From positions 4,075,983 through 4,139,982 of the forward strand of contig OZ244950.1 in NCBI GenBank assembly GCA_965222435.1: DNA of 64,000 nucleotides, in the 5' to 3' direction. The notes beneath the pieces are model-generated. The model did not search any database and was not told where the DNA came from. It saw nothing but the letters and a program-made list of their open reading frames with translations. Positions 1-10,661 of the stretch are shown here, piece by piece; within the stretch, counting starts at the first letter, position 1, and every line of letters starts with the position of its first letter. The DNA is from Candidatus Poribacteria bacterium. Its GTDB lineage: Bacteria > Poribacteria > WGA-4E > PCPOR2b. The position numbers were made by a program, and so were the translations under genes.

Positions 1-780
1 ATGCCCCAACCCATTGCGAGGAAAGACCTGATGAAAAAACAACTGGAATTTTTCAAGGATAACGGTTACCTTGTCGTGCCTGATGCCCTATCCGCTGAAG
101 AGATTCGCTCCATCAACGAGGCGATTGATCGGGATCTCGTCGAGAATCCGGTGATGTGGCTAGACCGCGGACAGATGGGGCGGCGGCAGAACGCCTATGC
201 CCTACTCGCCTGCCCGGAGATGGACATAACCATGCGTCCCTCGACGCTGCTGCCGTTGATGGGCGCGATCATGGGAAAAGACCTCTGTGCGGAGGAACAT
301 TCGGTCATGCTCCGTGCACCAAACCCTGACGGCAACACCGAATGCCACTGGCACCGCGATGCGAGTCGTGATGCAAGTGGGGATATCGACCCTCCATATT
401 ATACACGCTATCTATCGGTCGTCTTTTACCTGACAGATGTGGACGACACCACGCACACCTTCAGCGTCTTGCCCGGCACAGGGCAGGCCACAGAGTGGCT
501 CCCGCTTGAGGCTTATGATCTCAGCACAGCGCAGCATCTCGTCGGCCACGCCGGCACAGCGATCTTTTTTAACGCGGCAACCTTCCACGCCGGAAATGTC
601 CGGCGCACCACCTCCGAGCGGCGTACCATCCACATCTACTGTGGCAGGACAACAGACCGATATCTCAGCAATCACACGATCTTCCCACGCCGTCTGTGGG
701 AGGGCAAGGACGAAGCCACACAGCGTTATTACAGCCGTCCCAATCCAATCACGCAACTCCTGATAGAACGGTTTCCATAG
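1..780 (+). CDS. phytanoyl-CoA dioxygenase (PhyH) family Fe(II)/2-oxoglutarate oxygenase; possibly 5' partial because the ATG is at window position 1
   Basis: 259-aa ORF with a PhyH-like HxD...H signature (WHRDAS ... TFHAG). Confidence 0.55.
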   Translation: MPQPIARKDLMKKQLEFFKDNGYLVVPDALSAEEIRSINEAIDRDLVENPVMWLDRGQMGRRQNAYALLACPEMDITMRPSTLLPLMGAIMGKDLCAEEHSVMLRAPNPDGNTECHWHRDASRDASGDIDPPYYTRYLSVVFYLTDVDDTTHTFSVLPGTGQATEWLPLEAYDLSTAQHLVGHAGTAIFFNAATFHAGNVRRTTSERRTIHIYCGRTTDRYLSNHTIFPRRLWEGKDEATQRYYSRPNPITQLLIERFP

Positions 781-903
781 ACACATTTTTTTACGCATTA
801 CGCATTACGTATTATTTCTTCGCCTCCTATATTTCTATTGTTCGAGAGTCACATCTGTGCTATTATGGGCGGGGTCATAATTCACAACGAAAGGACGCCT
901 TTT

Positions 904-2163
904 ATGAAAATCACCGAGATTGAATCAATCCTCCTGCGGGTGCCTTACGAAGAACGTATTCGCAAGCAGTATCATTATTTTGGGCTGGACGAGCAGACGA
1001 CGGTCTATAAAGTTCATACGGATACCGGCTTAATCGGGCTTGGAGAAAACCCCGGGCCACCCTTCGAGCAGGAGCTCCTCGACGCATACATCGGCACGAA
1101 TCCGTTCGATCATATCATGGGACAGGGGCGGTTCAACCTCGATATGGCGTGCTACGACCTGATGGGCAAACACTTGGACTTGCCCACATGGAAACTGATG
1201 GGGCAGCAGGTTCGTCAATGGGTGTCAATGGGTTGGTGGATGCCCTCCATGTCACCCGAAGATAGTGCCGCCGAAGTTCAGGTTGCAGCTGAACGGGGGT
1301 ATCGTGGACTCAAATGCAAAGCCAGAGCGTTCTATGACATCGTTGAGCAATCACAGGCAATGCAAGAGGTCGCACCGCCAGACTTTCGTGTGGAGTTCGA
1401 CTTTAACGGTGCATTGACCAACGTAGAGAAAGCCCTGCCCATCTTGCGAGAATTGGAGAAGATTCCGATAGTCAAAGGTGTGGAGGAGCCAATCTTCGCG
1501 TATGACGTTGAAGGATGGCGACGGCTGCATCAGGAGATTCGCATCCCATTCTATCTGCACGGCGTCGGTGTCATCCAAGAAGGCGCGTCGCGTCAACCTT
1601 CGGGACCTTGGATCGGGCTTCGTGCCGGCGATTTCGATGGCGCGCTGTGCAGCCATGAACCAATCAAAAGCGCGTTGGCGTCCAGTTGGGCTTTTGCCGC
1701 TGCAAATACACCAATTCTGTTACAGTACGTCGGCACCGGCATAACCGCAGCCTTCGCCTGTCATCTGGGAGCGGTAATGCCAACAGCGACCCTGCCGGGC
1801 GTTACGGCAAGCCACACCTACGAAGATGACCTGATTGTGCAAGGGCACACAGTTCAACGGGGATTCATGAAAGTTCCAGAGGGACCGGGGCTAGGTGTAG
1901 AATTGGATGAAGATGCGGTCAGCCGTTATTCCCAAACGCCTACGCCGGAATGGCTTCGACATATCTCCGTCGTTACGCTCCCCGGCGGCGTCAAACACTA
2001 CTACCAAAGCCTCCAGCAAGCGGAACGACTGATGAAGCAGGGGGTAGACGAATCCTTCGCGCCCGGCGTCAGGTTGGACGAATGGGAGGACGATGGGAGC
2101 GAAAGGTTCGATGGCCTCTGGCAGCGACTCCAAGAAACCGATTGGCCCCTGTGGGAAGCCTAA
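904..2163 (+). CDS. mandelate racemase / muconate lactonizing enzyme family protein (enolase superfamily)
   Basis: N-terminus MKITEIESILLRVPY...GLIGLGEN is typical of the MR/MLE N-domain. Start moved to the internal ATG at 904, which has better context than the ORF-track start at 838. Confidence 0.6.
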   Translation: MKITEIESILLRVPYEERIRKQYHYFGLDEQTTVYKVHTDTGLIGLGENPGPPFEQELLDAYIGTNPFDHIMGQGRFNLDMACYDLMGKHLDLPTWKLMGQQVRQWVSMGWWMPSMSPEDSAAEVQVAAERGYRGLKCKARAFYDIVEQSQAMQEVAPPDFRVEFDFNGALTNVEKALPILRELEKIPIVKGVEEPIFAYDVEGWRRLHQEIRIPFYLHGVGVIQEGASRQPSGPWIGLRAGDFDGALCSHEPIKSALASSWAFAAANTPILLQYVGTGITAAFACHLGAVMPTATLPGVTASHTYEDDLIVQGHTVQRGFMKVPEGPGLGVELDEDAVSRYSQTPTPEWLRHISVVTLPGGVKHYYQSLQQAERLMKQGVDESFAPGVRLDEWEDDGSERFDGLWQRLQETDWPLWEA

Positions 2164-2179
2164 ATGAGGAAAGACAACG

Positions 2180-3580
2180 ATGACGAGAAATCTGGGATAC
2201 CTTCTTGCACTTACCCTGCTGATTTCAGGGGTGATTTTGCAATCCGCGGGTATCGCTGAAGAAGGACTACCGGGTGTCAAGTCCATCGCAGACCTAGACC
2301 GTCTGGCAAACCTCCACTTCGCCATTATGAGCGATAACAAGGGGGATTCTCCGCTTAGTAGCGTGGAGTTTGCCCGAATGACCGCTTGGATTAAGGAGGG
2401 AAATCCCGCCTTTATGATAGGTTTGGGCGATCACGTCAAATATCGGTGGGAAAACACCTTTATCCCATGGCTACAATCCGATCCTTGGTGGCGTGAGCAC
2501 TTCTATCCCAACGTTGCGGACGGTGAGAACGAATACTACAGCCCTACCCACAGACAGTCGGACTACGGCGAGGGCGCACCGATACTCGATCTGGTAGAGC
2601 TAGATGCCCATGCAAGCGTCATCCGTCCAAACAAATCGGAATACTACGCCCAAATTTCGGTCGGCGATTATACCGTTCACCTGATTCAGATGCACTTCTC
2701 GGATCAGCCAATGGACGCAGCAGTCGCGTTCCCGGAGAGCAGCCAAGCGTGGATGATGGCAACCCTCAAAGACATCGAAAAAAAGGATAAGGACCTGATT
2801 ATCGTGGCGGCACATTCGCGGACAGGATCGTGGGACATGGTGCTTTCTCCAGAACGACGCCAACTCCTGCTGAACAAGACCGATCTGGTTCTCTCTGCCA
2901 CGACCCACAGATTCGAGGCATGGGTGCCGGAGGGGTTTGAGGGGGGAGACGCTGTTTGTATCAACACCGGAGCGGTGAATTACCCTGGACCGATGACCCC
3001 CAACGGCTATGTCGAAATCCACCTCATCGAATCGACGGGCGTTGTGGGACAGTACATAGACCTCACGCAGATAGGTCGTCGTCTCCAACAAGGGCGTTTT
3101 GCTTGGGTTAAACCCAAAGACGGATCGATGCGCCACCTCAACCTCCGACCACCCACCGCCGATGAAATCAATGAGCCAATCGCCAATCTCAACGAACCGC
3201 TCGAAGCGATGCAAATCGAACAGGGGCTTTCACAACTGATAAAAGAAAAGACGGGGGTGGACTTTGCCCTAGTGGGTACAAGAAATGGGCTCGATAAGGG
3301 TCCTGTAACACGAGAGGCAGCGTGGCGGGTCTTTGGGAAAAACACCAACATTAGGGTCGTCCGCATCCCGATAGCAAAAGTACTTCCTGTCCTTGGGCTT
3401 CTACAAAAGGAAGAGATTGCTTCACAGGGTGCTGCTATCCGTGTCGCAGCGCCGCATCCCACAATGACGGGGATCATCACCGTAGCGGGCATCACGCATG
3501 AAGCCATCGAACCGCAAGCGTTGGACGATAAAGGGTTGCGACAAGTTGACCTCCTCGTTGAATGGCTCACCTCTCAATGA
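2180..3580 (+). CDS. secreted hypothetical protein, possibly metallophosphoesterase-like
   Basis: Signal peptide (MTRNLGYLLALTLLISGVILQSAGIA). D/GD/H-containing blocks (IMSDNKGD, GLGDHVKY, VAAHSRTGSWD) weakly resemble calcineurin-like phosphoesterase motifs. Confidence 0.35.
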   Translation: MTRNLGYLLALTLLISGVILQSAGIAEEGLPGVKSIADLDRLANLHFAIMSDNKGDSPLSSVEFARMTAWIKEGNPAFMIGLGDHVKYRWENTFIPWLQSDPWWREHFYPNVADGENEYYSPTHRQSDYGEGAPILDLVELDAHASVIRPNKSEYYAQISVGDYTVHLIQMHFSDQPMDAAVAFPESSQAWMMATLKDIEKKDKDLIIVAAHSRTGSWDMVLSPERRQLLLNKTDLVLSATTHRFEAWVPEGFEGGDAVCINTGAVNYPGPMTPNGYVEIHLIESTGVVGQYIDLTQIGRRLQQGRFAWVKPKDGSMRHLNLRPPTADEINEPIANLNEPLEAMQIEQGLSQLIKEKTGVDFALVGTRNGLDKGPVTREAAWRVFGKNTNIRVVRIPIAKVLPVLGLLQKEEIASQGAAIRVAAPHPTMTGIITVAGITHEAIEPQALDDKGLRQVDLLVEWLTSQ

Positions 3581-3623
3581 ATCCTTCAAAAAAGACCTCC
3601 CCACTAGAAAGGAGGATAGATCC

Positions 3624-4376
3624 TTGGCAACCACACCGGAAGTTAGCAAAGATAGTGTGATTATACTCTACAAGGGCGGTCGACTGCCCACGTGGCACGG
3701 TCTCACCCCGGAGGCGCGAGATGCGCATCAGCAGGAGCATGTTGATCTCATGTTATCGGTTGCCCGTGAACACGGACTGATGCGACTGGAAGGCTTTAAG
3801 CTGATGACACCGCAGCAGTCGTGGGAACGTTTCTGGGTTATCGAGTTTCCCACACTAGCGGGCGCAGAGGCGTGGATCGATGCTGAAATGGCACCGCCCT
3901 ACGGCCGTTACGGCTACTACGAATACTACACCGCACGGCATTGGGGGCGCGACCATTTTTCCCAATGGGCAACGCGTTCTCTCAAACCGGTGGTGCCGGA
4001 CGGGAGGGATCCGCATCACGTCCCAGTGCTTCACGTGGACAGGGGGAGCGTGGTTGCCCTGCTTTTTGGTCGGTGGCGACCAGAGGCGAGCGAGGCGACA
4101 CCGGAGGAGCGGGGTGACACAGAACATATAGAGCTAATGCAGTCGGTCGCCCGTGAACACAGACTGATGCGCTTAGAAGCGTTCAAATTGATGGGGGCAC
4201 AAGATGCGTGGCATCGGGCATGGCTAATCGAGTTTCCGACTTTGACCGGGGCGGAGGCGTGGATTGATGCCGAAGTGCTTCCTCCACACGGTCGCTATTC
4301 TGCCAAGACCTTTTATCTAGCACGCAGGTGGGCACCACACTATTTCGCAGGTTGGGTGCGATACGCCCAAACCTAA
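3624..4376 (+). CDS. tandem DUF1330-like (dimeric alpha/beta-barrel) domain protein
   Basis: Two internal repeats of about 95 aa (…VAREHGLMRLEGFKLM…WVIEFPTLAGAEAWIDAEMAPPYGRY and …VAREHRLMRLEAFKLM…WLIEFPTLTGAEAWIDAEVLPPHGRY) match the DUF1330 'vIEFPs.e.A.aW.ds' signature. In-frame TTG start at 3624 follows AAGGAGG; the ORF-track start at 3498 overlaps the upstream gene. Confidence 0.5.
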   Translation: MATTPEVSKDSVIILYKGGRLPTWHGLTPEARDAHQQEHVDLMLSVAREHGLMRLEGFKLMTPQQSWERFWVIEFPTLAGAEAWIDAEMAPPYGRYGYYEYYTARHWGRDHFSQWATRSLKPVVPDGRDPHHVPVLHVDRGSVVALLFGRWRPEASEATPEERGDTEHIELMQSVAREHRLMRLEAFKLMGAQDAWHRAWLIEFPTLTGAEAWIDAEVLPPHGRYSAKTFYLARRWAPHYFAGWVRYAQT

Positions 4377-4447
4377 TTGGTTCATTGGTTCATTAGTACA
4401 TTGATGAACTAATGAACTCTTGAATTCAACAGCAAGGAGGGATTTTA

Positions 4448-5194
4448 ATGGATTTAACGGATAAGGTTGCAATTGTGACAGGCGCGGGGCAGGGGATCGG
4501 ACGGGCGATTGCGCTGCGACTGGCAGGTGCCGGCGCAACGGTTGTTGTAGCTGAACTGAACCGTAAAGTCGGTGAGACAGTTGCGAAAGAGATTGAGGCG
4601 TTGGGATGCAAGTCCCTTGTCATTGAGGTAGATGTCTCAAAGTTGGATCAGGTACAACGGATGGCGCAGCAAACGTTGGAGACCTTTAACCAGATCGATA
4701 TTCTGGTGAACAACGCCGGAATTGCAGGGAAAACAGCGACGTTGCCAGATCTGGATGAATCGGATTGGGATGCGGTTATAGATGTGAATCTGAAGGGCGT
4801 ATTCCTCTGCTGCAAAGCGGTGATTGACCATATGATCGAGAGGCAGTACGGCAAGATTGTTAGTGTCGCTTCGATCGCGGGCAAGGAGGGCAATCCAACG
4901 CTCATCCCGTATTCAGCATCCAAAGCGGGCGTCATTTGTCTGACGAAAGCCTTGGCGAAGGAGGTCACTGAGTATAGTATCAACGTCAACTGTGTTTCAC
5001 CGGCGGTAATTGCAACCCCGATTCTGGAACAGGTGTCGCAGTCCACTATCGATTATATGGTCAGCAAGATTCCGCTGGGACGGGTTGGAAAGCCGGAGGA
5101 GGTCGCAGCGGTGGTGCATTTCCTAGCGTCGGACGATGCCAGTTTTGTGACCGGGCAGTGTTACGATGTGAGCGGCGGCAGGGCAACCTATTGA
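4448..5194 (+). CDS. SDR-family oxidoreductase (3-oxoacyl-ACP reductase FabG-like)
   Basis: TGAGQGIGRAIA Rossmann motif, NNAG motif, YSASK catalytic Tyr/Lys. RBS AAGGAGGG upstream. Confidence 0.8.
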   Translation: MDLTDKVAIVTGAGQGIGRAIALRLAGAGATVVVAELNRKVGETVAKEIEALGCKSLVIEVDVSKLDQVQRMAQQTLETFNQIDILVNNAGIAGKTATLPDLDESDWDAVIDVNLKGVFLCCKAVIDHMIERQYGKIVSVASIAGKEGNPTLIPYSASKAGVICLTKALAKEVTEYSINVNCVSPAVIATPILEQVSQSTIDYMVSKIPLGRVGKPEEVAAVVHFLASDDASFVTGQCYDVSGGRATY

Positions 5195-5343
5195 AACAGA
5201 GGTTCATGTCAAAAGAAAGTGCAAAACACAAGTTAGTACATTAATGAACTAATGTACTAAATCTGTTGCACGATTTTTTAACATGAGTCGAAACGGAAAC
5301 CCAACGTAGAGATGGGCAACGCTCCCCGTATTGCTATTGTGGA

Positions 5344-6318
5344 CTAGTCATCATCCAAGGTAAACCGAATTGGAATTCTTACCCGCTGGGGTACTGATTC
5401 GCCACCTTTCTTGGCAGGAGTAAAGCGCCATTTTTTCAGCGCTTCAATCGCCGCCTCCCCGAAGCCGAACCCTTTCGGTTCTTCCTTTATCACCTTAATG
5501 TCCGCTGCTCTTCCGTCCACGCCAATAGTACACTCAAGATCAACAACACCTTCCCGCTGAGCGCGACGCCCGGCTTCAGGAAACTTTGGGTCAACCTTTC
5601 TGAGCGGGCGCGCGTTCTGATCGACCTGAACCGATACCTCCGCGCCAATGGTGCGGTCACCTGGATCCGGAATATCTCCTATTTCACTATCGTCCGGGGC
5701 AATCGATGGGTCGCGCTCAATTTTGACCCCCGGTGCTTCCGTGGGGATTTCCGGGCGCCCCTGCTCCACCTTAATGTCGCCAACCCCTTCTGGTATCGAA
5801 ACATCACTAGCGACTGGGGCATCCCCTGTACCAATCAGATTCTCAGTCGGTGGAAATTGTGTCTGCTCCGTTGGAAATTCTACAACAGGTGGCGTCGACG
5901 GCGGTGTATCTGGCACTTGAATCACCAGTGAGTCGGGAGGTGCCGCGGGTTTTATAATTCGAATTGGTGGCTTCCGAGGTTCACGGGCAAGTTCCATGAA
6001 AGCCAGAGAGACAGGCTCCGGTTCGGGTATATACTCTCGAATGGCGTATATGGTAAGTAAAAACCCCACAAAGAGATGGATACCGAGCGAGACGGGCCAA
6101 GCAAAGTGCCGGGTGACAAAGAGCTTCTTGCGCCTCGCCGTACCGATCACTTCCGTGGAAGCAATCGCCTCCTTCTCCCCTTGATTAAGCGAAACATGCT
6201 TCAACGGAACAGCAGCCGGCAAGCCCATGTTTAACCGCTTTTGGCGCTGCTTGGCTTTCCTGCGCCGATTTTGTTTGGCATCAACGTATTTAGAAAGTAT
6301 AGTGTTTCGGCTATTCAT
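5344..6318 (-). CDS. tonB: TonB-family energy transducer (TM anchor, Pro-rich linker, TonB C-terminal domain)
   Basis: Basic N-terminus, TM helix LGIHLFVGFLLTIYAI, Pro/Glu-rich spacer, C-terminal TonB-like fold (…GVVDLECTIGVDGRAADIKVIKEEPKGFGFGEAAIEALKKWRFTPA…). Confidence 0.6.
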   Translation of the reverse strand: MNSRNTILSKYVDAKQNRRRKAKQRQKRLNMGLPAAVPLKHVSLNQGEKEAIASTEVIGTARRKKLFVTRHFAWPVSLGIHLFVGFLLTIYAIREYIPEPEPVSLAFMELAREPRKPPIRIIKPAAPPDSLVIQVPDTPPSTPPVVEFPTEQTQFPPTENLIGTGDAPVASDVSIPEGVGDIKVEQGRPEIPTEAPGVKIERDPSIAPDDSEIGDIPDPGDRTIGAEVSVQVDQNARPLRKVDPKFPEAGRRAQREGVVDLECTIGVDGRAADIKVIKEEPKGFGFGEAAIEALKKWRFTPAKKGGESVPQRVRIPIRFTLDDD

Positions 6319-6455
6319 AACTGTTTTGTGGACGGGGTCGGAAGTTAAGACGCGGTTAGCGTTTACTTCCTTCCATATCTTCCATCCTTCCTTTCTTTTT
6401 TGCTGTTAGTGGAAAAAGAACAGGGAAAATCGATCCCTTTACAGTCATTGAGAAC

Positions 6456-8801
6456 CTACCCTGATTCTGCCGGTTCAATTCGTTGCTGCGATTCCGCTTC
6501 AGCCGAAATCTGGTTCCAGTCCCAAAGTTGCGGGATATACTCGACATTTGCCCACATCTCTGCCTGATCTGCATAGTGTGGGCTGCCGGGGTTGCCCGAT
6601 GCCCCCAACGGCACAATCCACCGTGAATTAGTCCAGTCTGACGGATCGTGGAGGTAACGGTTGACAGACATACCTGTGGCAATAAATTCGTTGTGGAGGG
6701 CGTAACTCCCGGCGAGCGGTGTGTCGCCATCACCGTGCGTCGGAACTGACGGAGGGTTTAACAGTTCGGCAAGTTCCGGAAACACGGGCGAAAGCGGGTG
6801 CTGTGGGTGTGTATGATGGAGCTGTCCCCACTGCCACTGCGACATATCATCACCAAGCTGCGCCCTAAGGTCCGCGACAGCAGACCGGAGCGCGGAAGCT
6901 AACACCTCCGACCAATCGTGCCCGGACGGCAGCAACGAATCGTCACCACTCTCAAGCTCTTGGTTCATTCTTATCACAATCTGACGGGCATGGGCATCGC
7001 CCCCCGCAACACCCGAAAATACTTCCTCTGCCATATCTCCCATCAGGTGATCGAGCAGGAAGCGGATCACATACGTCTTGGTCTTAGAGTAAATCAAGGG
7101 TTGGGCTTGATTGCGATTCATACTATAGTCCCACGCTCGCAGCAGCTTCAACGCCTCCAATGAATCTTCGTCAAGCGGCGTGACCCGGACCAACGCTTCT
7201 GTGAAGATACGCGCCGGATTTGAAATCCGTTCAGCATGAATACGCGCCATATCGTCGACGGTCACCGTCCCCGGTTCAAGCGAGAGGATCTGCGTTTGAA
7301 CGCGTCGGGCACGGTACTCTGGTGTGAAAGACAAGCCCACATAGTAGGGGTAGTCGTGACCGGCGACACGCTGGTTGCAGGTGACTGCGTACCCGGTGTC
7401 CGGGTTGATGGCTTTTGGTAGTTCGTCGTGGGGGATGTAGCCGTTCCACTCATATTCGCCCGTCCAGCCCGGCACCGCGCGCCAACCGTTCGATTCGGAT
7501 CGAATCGGGATTTTGCCCTCGTGTAGGTAGCCGAAATTGCCGTGCACATCGGCGACAGCGTAGTTATTCACACGATCTGTCCAGTTGCGGAACGCTTGGT
7601 GCAACTCATCTACGGACTTTGCTCGCATCGCGTCGCGGGCGGCATCAACCCAGTGAGAGCCGTCAATTAACCCCGGATCACTAATTGCCACACCTATTCC
7701 TGACGCAGGGTTCCCTGCGACAACGGGACCGTGGTGGGTAATTGTCACCTCAAGCGGTACTGCGTCAGCACCACGCACCTCGATTGTTTCGTTGAGCACC
7801 TCGGCGGACCGCCATTCGTCCTTGAACAGATACTCACGGCAATTTGCCCCCTCACGGAAACGTTCAATAAAGAGGTCCTGTGTATCCGCTCCACCATGCG
7901 TCATCCCCCACGCCACATATTCGTTGTGGCAAAAGTGGAGCGCGCCCGGCATCCCCGGCACAGCGTGCCCAATAACCGTGAAGTCGGGACAGGATAGGTG
8001 GACTTGGTAGTAAACGCTCGGTGTGTCAAGGGCGCGATGCGAGTCGCCGCCCACCAGTGGCAATCCCGATTCGGTAAGCTCACCGGAGATTGACCAGCCA
8101 TTTGACCCCGCGTCTACCTCATCAAGCCAATTTGCAGCCTCAGCCGCCGCGCTCAGTTCATCAAGCCCCTCAAGCGATGGACCTTCGTAAACCTCGCCCG
8201 GCGGTACTGTGAGCAGGTGCCCATTCGGGTATCCCTTCATCAGTTCAGCGAGTCTTTCGGGACCGAGTGCCTTTACCAAGCGCGTCCGGTAGAGTTTCGG
8301 TTCAAACGTTCCTAAAAGGGTATTGCGGATCTTGTAGACGGCGAGACAGTGCCAATTCTCCCATCGTTCAGGGATTTGATCAAGGATCGTGTATTCAATA
8401 GGCAGGGTTTGGACTGTGTCGAGATAGGCGTTCACACCAGCGGTGTAGGCGTCAATCATAATCTTGGCTTCAGGACTAGCGAGTTCGTAGTCGAGTTTCG
8501 CGGTGCGACCCATTCCTGCTGCGCGCAGCAGCCGGTCTTGAGGGACGCCACTACTCCCGGCGAACTCCGCCCATCTGCCGAGTGCGCGGTGCCGATCAGA
8601 ATCCATGTGCCACAGCCGGTCCTGCGCAGTAACAAAACCTTGTGCAAAAAACAGGTCGTTTTCGTTCTCAGCCTTGATGTGAGGGATACCCCACTTGTCC
8701 CGATACACCTCAACGGACTTGTGGAGTCCCGAAAAACGCATCGTGGTGGTGACATCGGGCAGGGCAGCTTTCAGATCTGCTTCCGTAATTTTCACTGACA
8801 T
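6456..8801 (-). CDS. penicillin acylase / N-acyl-homoserine-lactone acylase family (Ntn hydrolase, peptidase S45)
   Basis: 781 aa with a conserved beta-subunit N-terminal nucleophile context GSNGWSISG, about the length of PvdQ/PGA-family proteins. Confidence 0.8.
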   Translation of the reverse strand: MSVKITEADLKAALPDVTTTMRFSGLHKSVEVYRDKWGIPHIKAENENDLFFAQGFVTAQDRLWHMDSDRHRALGRWAEFAGSSGVPQDRLLRAAGMGRTAKLDYELASPEAKIMIDAYTAGVNAYLDTVQTLPIEYTILDQIPERWENWHCLAVYKIRNTLLGTFEPKLYRTRLVKALGPERLAELMKGYPNGHLLTVPPGEVYEGPSLEGLDELSAAAEAANWLDEVDAGSNGWSISGELTESGLPLVGGDSHRALDTPSVYYQVHLSCPDFTVIGHAVPGMPGALHFCHNEYVAWGMTHGGADTQDLFIERFREGANCREYLFKDEWRSAEVLNETIEVRGADAVPLEVTITHHGPVVAGNPASGIGVAISDPGLIDGSHWVDAARDAMRAKSVDELHQAFRNWTDRVNNYAVADVHGNFGYLHEGKIPIRSESNGWRAVPGWTGEYEWNGYIPHDELPKAINPDTGYAVTCNQRVAGHDYPYYVGLSFTPEYRARRVQTQILSLEPGTVTVDDMARIHAERISNPARIFTEALVRVTPLDEDSLEALKLLRAWDYSMNRNQAQPLIYSKTKTYVIRFLLDHLMGDMAEEVFSGVAGGDAHARQIVIRMNQELESGDDSLLPSGHDWSEVLASALRSAVADLRAQLGDDMSQWQWGQLHHTHPQHPLSPVFPELAELLNPPSVPTHGDGDTPLAGSYALHNEFIATGMSVNRYLHDPSDWTNSRWIVPLGASGNPGSPHYADQAEMWANVEYIPQLWDWNQISAEAESQQRIEPAESG

Positions 8802-9093
8802 TGTTCGATTTTTTTACAGAGGATCGGAGTTAATGGTTACTTCCGTTGTAGCGAAACGGTATGTTTATAGAATATGTGAAACGTGATGCGTAAGGAATTG
8901 AGACGACCTTTCTTACACATGACGCATTACGTATTGTTTTTCATTGGCACCGGCGAGATGAATCCCTTTCTTATCAAGATAACAACTCAGGTTATTCGGG
9001 AACAATAACTTCAATTTCCTGATACGGTTGAAAATGTTTCGCGTTGAAGGTGTAGATGCGTGTGATATCGTTCACTAGCATTGTTGCGATCAA

Positions 9094-9447
9094 CTATAGA
9101 TCAAAAATTTGCTGACGTGTCGGCGGATATTTATTGATGAGTTCCAGTAATTTGGGCATTAGGTCTGCGGTCTGATAGATTTTGCGTATGTTTTGGGATT
9201 GGAGATACCTTTCGATTTCCACACGAGCAGCCACGGGGGAAATTGGATTTGTAACACGCTTGGGATTGGTCATTACCGCATAGAACTCGGTCAAATTTTG
9301 AGGTGCCAGACAAAGTGAGATATCACCTCTGAGTCCGCGATTGATGAGATTGATCGACGGCAAGTGAAATGCAGAATCCTGATCGGCACGATAAACGAGA
9401 ATGTTGGTGTCAACCAGTCCTATCCTCTCACTCGTCGAGATAGTCAT
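9094..9447 (-). CDS. vapC: PIN-domain toxin (VapC-like)
   Basis: IGLVDTNILVY PIN N-terminal motif. 117 aa. Overlaps the upstream small ORF by 20 nt. Confidence 0.65.
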   Translation of the reverse strand: MTISTSERIGLVDTNILVYRADQDSAFHLPSINLINRGLRGDISLCLAPQNLTEFYAVMTNPKRVTNPISPVAARVEIERYLQSQNIRKIYQTADLMPKLLELINKYPPTRQQIFDL

Positions 9448-9628
9448 AGACCTCTTCCCGTGAGATCTCTCCCTTCACACCTAATGACCAACTGCGTAAA
9501 CGAATAGTTTCCGCTTCGTCTTCAGGCTGCGTGAGCGGTTTTTGATGCTTCTGACGCATAAACTCGATTAGTTGCTGTATAAATTCAATCTGATCATCGG
9601 GTAAACCGCGAACATCAAGCATATCCAT
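9428..9628 (-). CDS. putative antitoxin partner of the PIN toxin
   Basis: 66-aa acidic ORF directly upstream of and overlapping the PIN gene, the typical type II TA layout. Confidence 0.45.
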   Translation of the reverse strand: MDMLDVRGLPDDQIEFIQQLIEFMRQKHQKPLTQPEDEAETIRLRSWSLGVKGEISREEVYDYLDE

Positions 9629-9794
9629 CCTAAAATCTCCATTTCAATAGTAACTCACCAACATGGAACAACAGCAGACACATCAAACATCTTGATAGAT
9701 TAGGAATGTTATATTATATTTCAACTTTTTCCAGATGTCAATGTTCAATGGTGTTATGATGATGTCTCACGGAAAAAGTTTGCGCTAAAACGTA

Positions 9795-10661
9795 TCAACC
9801 AATCCCTAAGTGCTCGCAGACCTCATCCAATTCCCGTTGACCCATGTCATCAAGTGAGGCGGGTTGCGGAGAACGCCAGCGCGGGGATTTAATGATACCT
9901 TTGCGGTAGAGAATCTCCTTGTGGACAAGTCCTCCCACACGGAGAATCGGGGCAATCTCCCGTTCCCAGACCTCGCGGGCTGCAGTTTCGTCGCCGGACT
10001 GCCAGTGGTCCCAGACTTGGACAAAGGCGTGCGGCAGGCTGGGCCAAGGCATGGTGCCTTGCGAACCACGACGTAGTTCCTCTATAAGGTAAGTTCCGCT
10101 CGCACCACCAAAGACTGTGACCAAATCGCCGCCATGCTGAACAGCCTCGTAGACCTTCTGCGCTGGCGGTGCATTCTCGACTTTGGCATAGCGCACCCGT
10201 TCGCTCTCCTCAGCAATCTGTCGCAGCAACGCCCCACCGAGCGACGTACCGGCTTCCTGAACAAAGATCGGGACACTGACGGCGTCTGATATCGCCTTGA
10301 AAAACGCCTTTTTCTCGTCCACCGGCACATCCGCTGCAGGAGGGGTGCACATCACTGCTGTTACCCCGAGGTCTTCGGTCTGCTGGCTATACTGCACGGT
10401 TGCAGCGGTTGAGGCCGCACCGGTATTCACCACGACCGGCACCCTGCCGCGCGTCTGATCAACCACTACTTTGGCAATCTGCAACCGTTCCGCCTCAGTG
10501 AGCTTCATAATCTCTGTGGCGAACGCTATCACTACGCCGTGGACGCCGGCGTTGATATTGTACTCGACGACGCTCCTCAAGCTGTCTTCATCAATACGGT
10601 CCTGCTCATCAAAGGGCGTAATCAGGACTGGAAACATACCACGCATAGGTTGTTGGGACAT
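9795..10661 (-). CDS. dihydrodipicolinate synthase / N-acetylneuraminate lyase family (DapA-like class I aldolase)
   Basis: FPVLITPF…VHGVVIAFATEIMKLT…VVNTGAASTAATV…VMCTPP pattern of the DHDPS family. Confidence 0.75.
   Translation of the reverse strand: MSQQPMRGMFPVLITPFDEQDRIDEDSLRSVVEYNINAGVHGVVIAFATEIMKLTEAERLQIAKVVVDQTRGRVPVVVNTGAASTAATVQYSQQTEDLGVTAVMCTPPAADVPVDEKKAFFKAISDAVSVPIFVQEAGTSLGGALLRQIAEESERVRYAKVENAPPAQKVYEAVQHGGDLVTVFGGASGTYLIEELRRGSQGTMPWPSLPHAFVQVWDHWQSGDETAAREVWEREIAPILRVGGLVHKEILYRKGIIKSPRWRSPQPASLDDMGQRELDEVCEHLGIG

Noticed and set aside
3498-3623. Longer ORF-track start for the DUF1330 gene overlapping the upstream gene by 80 nt
   Set aside because: An in-frame TTG at 3624 sits 9 nt downstream of AAGGAGG, and the homologous domain begins just after it. 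The upstream extension is probably not translated.
6356-6733. 125-aa minus-strand ORF overlapping the penicillin-acylase 3' end and intergenic region
   Set aside because: It overlaps a well-supported gene in another frame, and its composition is atypical.
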